Below are positions 1 to 7,506 of a stretch of DNA of 32,000 nt, piece by piece. Both the position numbers and the translations under genes were made by a program. The notes below the pieces were generated by a model, which had not been told where the DNA came from, did not search any database, and worked only from the letters and a program-made list of their open reading frames with translations. This stretch comes from an uncultured Chloroflexia bacterium. GTDB lineage: Bacteria; Chloroflexota; Anaerolineae; Anaerolineales; Anaerolineaceae. Location: positions 3,210,001-3,242,000 of the forward strand of contig OY969938.1 of the NCBI GenBank assembly GCA_963704755.1, read 5' to 3'. Numbering within the stretch: the first letter of the stretch is position 1; the number at the start of each line of letters is the position of its first letter.

Positions 1-1637
1 AGCACCACCACCAACGGCTTACCGGTAGCGATGATCGCTTTGGCCAGCTCCTCCTGCACGCCCGGCAGGCGCAGGTCCACACTGTCGCGCGTTTCACCGG
101 TGCTGCTGTCCAGGGTCAGGCCCGAGCGATCGCCCAGCACCAGCACGACCGCGTCGGCTTGCTCGGCTGCCCGGATCGCCTTGGGAAAGCCACCGGCATC
201 CCCGTCCAGGACGTCACAGCCGCGGGCGTAGAGCAGCTCGGTATCCGCCGAAACCGCGGCGCGAATCCCATCCAGGATGGTGATCACCTGCACGTCGTGC
301 CCATCCAGGACGGCGGCGGTGTCCAGGTCCTTGAATTCGGGCACCCTGTGGCGCATGTGATCGATCATAGAGGTGTAAGAATAGTCCCCTAATTGGTTAC
401 GTCCCGACTGTGCGTTTGGCCCGATCACGGCCAGGCGCTTGATCGTCTTGTGAAGCGGCAGCACGCCGTCGTTTTGCAGCAGCACCAGGCTCTTGCTGGC
501 CAGCTCGCGGGCCAGGGAGCGCTGGGACGGGGTCTCGAAGACCTCGCAGACATGCTCCTCGTCTACATAGGGATTATCGAACAGCCCGGCCTCGTATTTC
601 TTGCGCAGATGGCGCACCACCGCGGTATCGATCCACTCCAGGCTGACCTCGCCCGCTTCCAGGGCGGCCCGCAGCGGACTGCCGTAGCAGACCGTCTGGG
701 GCAGTTCGACGTCGATGCCGGCGTAAAGGGCCATACTGGCCGCGGATGATTTATCCGCCGCGGCGCGGTGATAGTCATGGATCATTTCCACGGCCTGGTA
801 ATCCGAGACCACCAGACCCTCAAAGCCGAGTTCTCCGCGCAGCAGGTCGGTCATGATCCGCCGGGATGCGGCCACTACATCCCCGTCCAATTCAGGGTAA
901 GCGCACATGATGGTCGCCAGGCCGGCATCGCGGATCACAGCCTGGAATGGCGCCAGGTAAATATCCCACAGGTCGCGCGGCCCCATGTGGACCGGGCCGC
1001 AGTTCAGCCCGCCCTGCGACAGGCTGTGTCCGACGAAGTGCTTGCCGGTGGCCATGATGCCCTCGGCCAGGCTGTTTCCCTGCAAGCCGCGTACGTAGGC
1101 CATCCCAAATTGCGCCACCAGGGTCGGATCCTCGCCAAACGTCTCTTCTACGCGCCCCCAGCGCGGATCCCGCGCGATGTCCAGCACCGGAGCCAGGCCC
1201 TGGTGTCCCCCGATTGCGCGCAACTGCACGCGGATGTTTTCTGCCATTTGGGCGGCCAGTTCGGGCTGGAATGTGCTGGCCATGCCGATCATCTGTGGGA
1301 ACATTGTGCCGCCCAATACCATTGCCCCCTGGCAGCATTCTTCGTGGAGGATGGCCGGGATGCCCAGGCGTGTTTTTTCAACCAGAAAGCGCTGGATGAT
1401 ATTCGCCGATTTAGCCACGGACCCTGGTTCGAGGGTCGAGCCCCCGCCTAAACGGGTAAGCTGGCCGAGGCCATTGGTGAGCCAAAGGCTTAGTTTGTCA
1501 GGGTCGATTTGGGCACCGGTTTGCAATTCATGAAACCAGACCGATCCAAGCTGGGCCAGTTTCTCGTCTAAAGTCATTTGCTCGAGCAAGCCGGAAATTG
1601 TTTTGGTTAAGGAACGGGTCGAAGGTGAGATCGTCAT
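1..1637 (-). CDS. Glycoside hydrolase family 3 (beta-glucosidase/beta-xylosidase-like), N-terminal ~545 aa; the 3' end lies beyond the window start
   Basis: Absent from the ORF track because there is no in-window stop. My hand translation of the minus strand from ATG (complement of 1635-1637) stays open to position 1: MTISPSTRSLTKTISGLLEQMTLDEKLAQLGSVW... It carries GH3 hallmarks LDIARDPRWGRVEETFGEDP, KHFVGHS and GFEGLVVSDY (nucleophile Asp region). The plus-strand ORFs here (768-1451 etc.) are antisense artefacts. Confidence 0.85.
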   Translation of the reverse strand, partial: MTISPSTRSLTKTISGLLEQMTLDEKLAQLGSVWFHELQTGAQIDPDKLSLWLTNGLGQLTRLGGGSTLEPGSVAKSANIIQRFLVEKTRLGIPAILHEECCQGAMVLGGTMFPQMIGMASTFQPELAAQMAENIRVQLRAIGGHQGLAPVLDIARDPRWGRVEETFGEDPTLVAQFGMAYVRGLQGNSLAEGIMATGKHFVGHSLSQGGLNCGPVHMGPRDLWDIYLAPFQAVIRDAGLATIMCAYPELDGDVVAASRRIMTDLLRGELGFEGLVVSDYQAVEMIHDYHRAAADKSSAASMALYAGIDVELPQTVCYGSPLRAALEAGEVSLEWIDTAVVRHLRKKYEAGLFDNPYVDEEHVCEVFETPSQRSLARELASKSLVLLQNDGVLPLHKTIKRLAVIGPNAQSGRNQLGDYSYTSMIDHMRHRVPEFKDLDTAAVLDGHDVQVITILDGIRAAVSADTELLYARGCDVLDGDAGGFPKAIRAAEQADAVVLVLGDRSGLTLDSSTGETRDSVDLRLPGVQEELAKAIIATGKPLVVV

Positions 1638-1688
1638 AATTTTATCTATTCTATAAACAGGTGATTTCTGGATAGGATGGTGGACATT

Positions 1689-2558
1689 TCATCCCTTGAT
1701 GGAGCCGGCGGTGAGCCCGGATACGATTTGCCTTTCGGCGAAAAGGTAAAAAATGATCGTTGGAATTGCAGAAAGGGCCACAAAGGCAGAGACAAGCGCC
1801 AGGTCCTGGCCGTATTGGCCCTGGAACTGCATGGTCCCGAGCGGCAGCGTCCAGAGGTTGTTGCTGTTGAGCACGACCAGCGGGACCAGCAGATCATTCC
1901 AACTGGCGATCATGACCAGCGAGGCCACGGCCGATAAGGCCGGCTTGACCAATGGCAGCATAATACGCCAGAAGAAATCGAAATTCGTGCATCCGTCGAT
2001 ATAAGCCGCATCCTGAAGTTCGGTGGGTACGGCGGTAAAAAATCCCCGCAAGATCATAATGTTGCCCGAAAGTTGGAAGGCAATTTGGACCATAATGACC
2101 CCCATCAGACTGTCGATCATATGGATGCCGAATTGTTCCAATTGTCGTAAGACAAAATAAACCGGCAAGATGGCCACATTGATAGGAAACATCAATCCAA
2201 GCGAGAACAGGTTGAAAATAAAATTCTTCCCGCGGAACTCCATCCGGGCCAGGACGAATGAAACCAGCGAACAGACAAAAACAGTCCCGGCGGTAACCAC
2301 AACCATCACCAGCAAACTGTTTTTCATCATCGTCCAAAAACTGGGCGTGCTTAGGATTCCGATGATATTCGTCCAGTTGGGCGGGTTGGGGATCGTATAG
2401 GGATGCGAATACATTTGGCCGGTGGTTTTGACGCTGCCAAAAAGAAGAATGACGATTGGGACAAAAATCAGTATCGTGGCGATGGTCAAGATCAGATACT
2501 GAAAGAATCTGGGGATGCTTTTCCTTAGCCAGTGGGGAGCAGGTATGACCCTTTGCAT
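1689..2558 (-). CDS. Carbohydrate ABC transporter permease (MalG/BPD_transp_1 type)
   Basis: 289-aa ORF with six predicted TM-like hydrophobic segments and an EAA-like loop (AAYIDGCTNFDFFWRIMLPLVKP). RBS AAAGGAA upstream. 13-nt gap to the upstream permease. Confidence 0.9.
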   Translation of the reverse strand: MQRVIPAPHWLRKSIPRFFQYLILTIATILIFVPIVILLFGSVKTTGQMYSHPYTIPNPPNWTNIIGILSTPSFWTMMKNSLLVMVVVTAGTVFVCSLVSFVLARMEFRGKNFIFNLFSLGLMFPINVAILPVYFVLRQLEQFGIHMIDSLMGVIMVQIAFQLSGNIMILRGFFTAVPTELQDAAYIDGCTNFDFFWRIMLPLVKPALSAVASLVMIASWNDLLVPLVVLNSNNLWTLPLGTMQFQGQYGQDLALVSAFVALSAIPTIIFYLFAERQIVSGLTAGSIKG

Positions 2559-2571
2559 GGGAATTTCCTTT

Positions 2572-3516
2572 CTAGAGACCAGTAAGATAATCTGGCTTTC
2601 GAGTTAAGGCCTGATACATCAACGAGAAGATCACACACAAGATGAACATGATGATGGCAACTGCAGATCCGTAGCCGAGCTGAAAGCGCACGAAGCCAAA
2701 CCGGTACATGTAGGTGGCCATCACTTCACTGGCATTGACCGGCCCGCCTTTGGTCATAATCCAGACCAGGATGAATTGTTGGATGGACCCCAGGACAGAT
2801 AAATAAACCGAGGTTTTGATCGTGCTGCTCAAAAGCGGAAAGGTGATGTAAAAAAAGTTCTGAATGGAATTGGCGCCATCGATACGGGCCGCTTCTTCTA
2901 TTTCGGTGGGAATGTTTTGAAGGCCCGCCAGGTATAGCAGCATATGAAAGCCGAAATATTTCCAGGTCAGGGTTATGAAAACGGCGATCAGAACAACATT
3001 CATATCCCCCAGCCAGGCAACCGGCTGGAGCCCTACGGCTACGAAGACCGCGTTCAGAAACCCGCGTTCCGGGTCGGCGTTATAAAGCAACATCCACATG
3101 ATGGCCACGTTGACTTCAGAAAGAACAAAGGGGAGGAAAAAGATCGTCCGAAACAACGCCCGCCCTGGTAAGTTCCTTCCGACCATCACGGCCAACAATA
3201 ACGCCACCGGCAGTTGTATTCCTAAAGACAGTACGATGATAATCAGAACATTTTTAATCGCTTTCAGAAATACTGCATCCGTCAAGATTTTTTCATAATT
3301 TCCCAGGCCGATATTTTTTACCGCCGGGCCTAACCCGTTCCAATCGAACATGCTGAAATAAATCGATCGGAAAATAGGGTACACGACAAAAAGAAGGAAA
3401 AAAATGAGAGCAGGCAGGATAAATAAAAAAATAACCAACTTGTCTCGGAATCGATGATTAAGCAGAGAATTGCTGGTCGAGTTATGGTCTTCTACCGCGG
3501 CAGGAAGCGATTGCAT
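2572..3516 (-). CDS. Carbohydrate ABC transporter permease (MalF/UgpA type)
   Basis: 314-aa ORF with the EAA motif EEAARIDGANSIQNFFYITFPLL, typical of sugar ABC membrane components. Confidence 0.9.
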   Translation of the reverse strand: MQSLPAAVEDHNSTSNSLLNHRFRDKLVIFLFILPALIFFLLFVVYPIFRSIYFSMFDWNGLGPAVKNIGLGNYEKILTDAVFLKAIKNVLIIIVLSLGIQLPVALLLAVMVGRNLPGRALFRTIFFLPFVLSEVNVAIMWMLLYNADPERGFLNAVFVAVGLQPVAWLGDMNVVLIAVFITLTWKYFGFHMLLYLAGLQNIPTEIEEAARIDGANSIQNFFYITFPLLSSTIKTSVYLSVLGSIQQFILVWIMTKGGPVNASEVMATYMYRFGFVRFQLGYGSAVAIIMFILCVIFSLMYQALTRKPDYLTGL

Positions 3517-3701
3517 AATGATCTCTTTCCGTATTCAATAATTGGTGCGGTTATTGAGCAATATTGGGAAGGGTATCTGCTCAGATGCAGGTATCGAAGT
3601 TCAGGGCTATGACCCATCCGGCCGAGCAGAAACTGGAAGGCAATATTTACGGGGCGGATTTTCGAATGAGAACAATCCCGTCAGGGACGTCGCTCCCGCT
3701 G

Positions 3702-3744
3702 GACAGGTGCGGGATAGCCCACCGGGACCATCCGCGCACCTGTC
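3702..3744 (-). other. Intercistronic stem-loop between the binding-protein and permease genes (possible mRNA stabiliser/attenuator)
   Basis: GACAGGTGCG (3702-3711) pairs with CGCACCTGTC (3735-3744), a 10-bp stem. It lies in the 250-nt gap after the SBP stop. No adjacent U-tract. Confidence 0.3.
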
Positions 3745-3766
3745 ATGAGTAGACCGGTAGATCGGG

Positions 3767-5149
3767 TTACTTCATTTGATCTTTGGCGCCGGCTTCGATC
3801 TCGGCCGCGACCTGTTCGGGGGTAGCGGTTCCGGCGTACAGTTTTTGTACTGCATCGTTGATGATTCCGCCCATGGCGGACGGCAGAACTTGATCGTAGT
3901 AAAGCTGGAAGTACTTGGCGTTCGCGAAACTCTGTTGAACCAGGAGCATGTTCGGGTCGGTCAGGGCTACTTCAGCGCCCTTGACGGTGGGAATGCCTAT
4001 GCCGTCGGCCGCAATGATCTTCTGGTTATCGACACTGGTCAGGTACTTGACGAATTCGATGGCTTCCGGTGGGGCGTCTTTGCCGATGGCAAAGCCGTTG
4101 CCGCCGCCGATGACATCGGTCACGTCGCCAACGCCGCCCTCGACGGTTGGGAAGTTGAACATCCCCAGGTTCTTGACGCCTACGCCGTCAGCGCTGTTGG
4201 CCGATTCCACTGAAGGAGCCCACTGTCCGGAGAGTTCCATGGCAGCTTTGCCATTGCCAAAAGTGGCTTGCATTTCATCGTGGGTCGCGCCCAGGTAGCC
4301 GCTCTGGAATGGTTTCATGTCGATCAATTTCTTGAGTTCGACACCTGCCTGGACAAAGGCGGGGTCTTCGAAGGAGCCAGAGCGATCGGCTGCGGCAGTG
4401 AAGGCTGCCTCGCCGCCGATACGGGTGGCTAAATACGACCAGATGTGCATGCCGGTCCAACTGTCGCCCTCACCCAGGGAAATCGGGGTGATTCCGGCGG
4501 CTTTTAGTTTCTGGACGTCATCGAGGAACTCGCTCCAGGTGGTGGGGGTCGTTTCGATCCCGGCCTGGGCGAACAGGTCTTTGTTGTACCAGAACCCGAC
4601 CATGCCCATATCCCAGGGAACGCCGTAATTCTTGCCCGCATCGCCGAAAACGGCCAACGCACCCGGTGCAAAAGTATCCCGCCATGCACCACCATCGGCG
4701 TCCAGGTCGGCCGTGATATCTTTCAAAAGGCCGGCATCGATTTGTTCCTTCAGGGTTCCCCCTCCCCAGCTTTGGAAGATATCAGGAACTTCACCGGACT
4801 GCATGACGGTGGTGAGTTTGGTCTTGAAAGCCTCGTTCTCAAGAACGGTGATCTCGATGGTGACGTTCGGATGGGCAGCCATGAAATCGTCTGCCATCTT
4901 CTGCCAATCGGATAGGGCCGGGTCCTTGGTCGAAATATGCCACCAGGTAATGGTGACCGGTGCGGCGGTCGGGACGGCAGTCGCGACGGGGGCCGTTGTA
5001 TCGGTTGGCGCCGCGGTCGCGGCAGGGGCCATGGTTGCAGCTGGAGGTTGGGTATCTGCCGGCGCCTGGGTGGCCGTCGAAGCGCAGCCTGCCAATGCAA
5101 ATGAAGCAATGAGCACAAAGCTCATTAAGATGTATAACTTGCGTGCCAT
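3767..5149 (-). CDS. ABC transporter extracellular solute-binding lipoprotein (family 1, sugar-binding)
   Basis: The ORF track gives 3767-5176. I prefer ATG at 5149 (MARKLYILMSF...) because AAGGAG lies 6 nt upstream. Lipobox LAGC is followed by an Ala/Thr/Pro-rich linker, then an SBP_bac_1-like body. Confidence 0.9.
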   Translation of the reverse strand: MARKLYILMSFVLIASFALAGCASTATQAPADTQPPAATMAPAATAAPTDTTAPVATAVPTAAPVTITWWHISTKDPALSDWQKMADDFMAAHPNVTIEITVLENEAFKTKLTTVMQSGEVPDIFQSWGGGTLKEQIDAGLLKDITADLDADGGAWRDTFAPGALAVFGDAGKNYGVPWDMGMVGFWYNKDLFAQAGIETTPTTWSEFLDDVQKLKAAGITPISLGEGDSWTGMHIWSYLATRIGGEAAFTAAADRSGSFEDPAFVQAGVELKKLIDMKPFQSGYLGATHDEMQATFGNGKAAMELSGQWAPSVESANSADGVGVKNLGMFNFPTVEGGVGDVTDVIGGGNGFAIGKDAPPEAIEFVKYLTSVDNQKIIAADGIGIPTVKGAEVALTDPNMLLVQQSFANAKYFQLYYDQVLPSAMGGIINDAVQKLYAGTATPEQVAAEIEAGAKDQMK

Positions 5150-5301
5150 TTTCTTCTCCTTTAGTCGAATGAACAAATCGGATATCGAACCGCTGTTAAA
5201 AATAAAGGTGGAAAACTGGCGTATAATTTAATTGTGATGGCGCTCCTTTCTCTTGCTAAGGTCCCCTCACTCAGTTGACAGGGCTGGTGCGACCTAGACA
5301 G

Positions 5302-6339
5302 TTAGCCAGCCTTGTCCTTGGGGGGGTTAGTTGAACCACGCACGACCAGTTCCGTAGGCAGTTCGACCCGGCCGATCTCTTTTTCGGGATATTTGAGTTG
5401 GTCAACCAGCACCTGGGTGGCAAGCCGTCCCATTTGCTCGAGCGGTTGGCGGACTGTGGTCAGCGCTGGGCGTACCATGGCTGCCTGGGGAATATCGTCA
5501 AAACCAAGGATCGAGATATCTTCCGGAACGCGTAAGCCACGGCTGCGGACCGCATCCATGGCCCCCATGGCCATCACGTCGTTGGATGCGAATATTGCCG
5601 TGGGCGGGTCGTCTATGTCCAACAGGGCGCTGGCTCCGGCATAACCATCCGGCTGAAAAAAAGTCCCTTCGTAAACCAGCCGGGGGTCCTCGGCAATGTG
5701 ATGGATACGCAGCGCCGATTGATAACCCTCTAATCGATCGATTGCGGCGCCCAGGTCCATCGAGCCAGTGATAAAGCCAATTCGAGTATGCCCAATTTTG
5801 ATCAGGTATTCGGTGGCGTTGTAGCCGCCCTGCCAGTTGGTGGCGCCAACCGCGGGGCATAGCTGGCCGGTACCCTGATGGTCAATGAGTACAAAGGGGA
5901 AATTTGCCTGGGAGAGCGTGTGGATGTAATCGGTGGGGTTGCGCGGCAGCACCAGCAGCAGGCCATCCACCATGCCCTGGACCAGGTTGGCCACGTAGTT
6001 GGCCTCTTTACTGGCCGTCCGGTGGGTGGTGAACAGCATAATATCCAACTGGTGCAGAGCCAGTTCGGTGTCGATGCCGTGAATGATTTCCCCGATATAC
6101 CCGGTCCCCAGGTCCGGCACCAGCATCCCAATGACGTTGGTTTTACTGCCCTTCAAGCTGCGCGCCTGGCGGTTGGCCACGTAATTCATCTCGCGCATTA
6201 CTGCTGAAACGCGTTCACGTGTTTCGGGCGCAACGTGGACGTCGTTGTTGATTACACGCGAAACCGTACCGAGCGATACCCCGGCTTTTTCCGCAACTTC
6301 TACGATGGTTACTCTTGAAACGGTGTTTTGTTTGCTCAT
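5302..6339 (-). CDS. LacI-family transcriptional regulator
   Basis: N-terminal HTH VTIVEVAEKAGVSLGTVSRVINN, then a periplasmic-binding-protein-like sugar-binding core. 345 aa. Confidence 0.93.
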   Translation of the reverse strand: MSKQNTVSRVTIVEVAEKAGVSLGTVSRVINNDVHVAPETRERVSAVMREMNYVANRQARSLKGSKTNVIGMLVPDLGTGYIGEIIHGIDTELALHQLDIMLFTTHRTASKEANYVANLVQGMVDGLLLVLPRNPTDYIHTLSQANFPFVLIDHQGTGQLCPAVGATNWQGGYNATEYLIKIGHTRIGFITGSMDLGAAIDRLEGYQSALRIHHIAEDPRLVYEGTFFQPDGYAGASALLDIDDPPTAIFASNDVMAMGAMDAVRSRGLRVPEDISILGFDDIPQAAMVRPALTTVRQPLEQMGRLATQVLVDQLKYPEKEIGRVELPTELVVRGSTNPPKDKAG

Positions 6340-6343
6340 ATCG

Positions 6344-6357
6344 TGGAAACGTTACCA
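6344..6357. promoter_or_regulatory. Imperfect LacI-type operator abutting the lacI start codon
   Basis: TGGAAACGTTACCA is palindromic at 12 of 14 positions, has a central CG, and lies 5 nt upstream of the ATG at 6339. Confidence 0.45.
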
Positions 6358-6489
6358 AGAAATTTTGGAAAATTGTATGACATTGCGAATTTCTTGCTCA
6401 ATTGAGGGAAATTCGAGCACAACCTCGGCGGGTTTATAACGGTTTTGGGAGTAATCGGCTGACAAACAAGGGGATCTGGCGAAAAACGC

Positions 6490-6505
6490 ATGGAAACGTT
6501 TCCAT
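6490..6505. promoter_or_regulatory. Perfect 16-bp LacI-family operator
   Basis: ATGGAAACGTTTCCAT is a perfect palindrome with the TGnAAnCGnTTnCA architecture of LacI/CcpA-type sites. It lies immediately downstream of the predicted -10. Confidence 0.7.
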
Positions 6506-6506
6506 A

Positions 6507-6535
6507 ATAGTAGCAAAGTTTATCAACGGAGTCAA
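6507..6535 (-). promoter_or_regulatory. Sigma-70-type promoter for lacI (and probably the downstream ABC/GH3 genes)
   Basis: Minus strand reads TTGACT (comp. 6530-6535), a 17-nt spacer, then TACTAT (comp. 6507-6512). The operator follows directly. Confidence 0.6.
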
Positions 6536-6603
6536 GTAGTTGGGAGAAAATTTAACAAAGGAATATGGGTTTTGGTGGAATGGTTTTATGCAAACGCGAA
6601 CGA

Positions 6604-6842
6604 CCAGGGTCGTGGGTAGCTTTGGACGTTTGGATTGGGTAGCTCGGGTTTCCAAACCCGAGAAAACGCCGGACGGGCATATTCTCGGCTGTGCAATCGA
6701 GCCTTGCCAAAAGAGAGACCCACGCAGGTGGGTCTTTGTGCTTTCGTAGGTGCAGCTTTAGCTGCCGCCGGTCAGGTGACAAGCCTGGTTTTCGATCGCA
6801 GCGATGCGTAAACCAAACGTTTCCCCGGCTTCGAAAGCCGGG
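6604..6842. repeat. Tandem structured repeat, unit A (~239 nt)
   Basis: Shares about 85-90% identity by eye with units B and C. Contains hairpins CTCGGGTTT-CC-AAACCCGAG, AGACCCAC-GCAG-GTGGGTCT (6716-6735, followed by TTTGTGCTTT), GCAGC-TTTA-GCTGC and CCCGGC-TTCGAAA-GCCGGG. Confidence 0.9.
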
Positions 6843-6995
6843 TTCCTGACCCGATTTGCCGGTCTTCAGGCCAATTTAAGAATCCCCCACCCCCCTTGGG
6901 AAGGGGGCAAGAAACGGCGATCTATTCCGTAAGGGGTCGGGGTGATTCTTTGCGCTGGCCAGAGTGCAGCTTCGAAAGCCTGGCTACAGGAGAGA
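6843..6995. repeat. Spacer containing a decayed fourth repeat unit
   Basis: GCAGCTTCGAAAGCCTGGCTAC (6966-6987) is a degenerate copy of the unit-terminal CCCGGCTTCGAAAGCCGGGCTAC. The spacer also has a CCCCCTT-GGG-AAGGGGG hairpin. Confidence 0.5.
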
Positions 6996-7234
6996 CCAGG
7001 GTCGCGGGTAGCTTCAGGCGTTTGGAACGGGTAGCTCGGGTTTCCAAACCCGAGAAAACGCCGGCCGGGCATATTCTCGGCTATGAAATCGGCTCTCGCC
7101 AAAAGAGAGACCCACCTGCGTGGGTCTTTGTGCTTTCGTAGGTGCAGCTTTGGCTGCCGCCGGTCAGGTGACAAGCCTGGTTTTCAACCGCGGAGATGCA
7201 TAAACCAAACGCATTCCCGGCTTCGAAAGCCGGG
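6996..7234. repeat. Tandem structured repeat, unit B (~239 nt)
   Basis: Same architecture as unit A. The loop of the second hairpin is the reverse complement of A and C (ACCCAC-CTGC-GTGGGT, 7108-7127). Confidence 0.9.
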
Positions 7235-7245
7235 CTACGGGGGAT

Positions 7246-7483
7246 CAAGGTCTCAGGTAGCTTTAGCCGTTTGGATTGGGTAGCTCGGGTTTCCAAACCC
7301 GAGAAAACGCCGGATGGGCATCATCTTGGCTGAGCAATCGGCCCTTGCCAAAAGAGAGACCCACGCAGGTGGGTCTTTGTGCTTTCGCAGGTGCAGCTTT
7401 AGCTGCCGCCGGTCAGGTGACAAGCCTGGTTTTCAACCGCAGCGATGCATAAACCAAACGTTCTCCCGGCTTCGAAAGCCGGG
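7246..7483. repeat. Tandem structured repeat, unit C (~238 nt)
   Basis: Same architecture, with a 1-nt deletion near the 5' end relative to A and B. It ends 24 nt before the GH2 stop codon. Confidence 0.9.
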
Positions 7484-7506
7484 CTACGAGTTGCCTGCCA
7501 CGCGAC

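Noticed and set aside
159-1533. Plus-strand ORFs (159-392, 393-749, 768-1451, 1177-1533) and the minus-strand ORF 892-1338 at the left edge
   Set aside because: They lie antisense to, or out of frame with, a continuous GH3 reading frame on the minus strand that has clear family motifs. Their Arg/Pro/Gly-rich composition is typical of spurious ORFs in high-GC DNA.
6823-6842. T-arm-like hairpin CCCGGC-TTCGAAA-GCCGGG in each tandem unit as part of a tRNA gene
   Set aside because: No acceptor stem, D-arm or anticodon arm can be drawn in the flanking sequence. It is kept only as a T-loop-like motif hinting at plus-strand RNA function.
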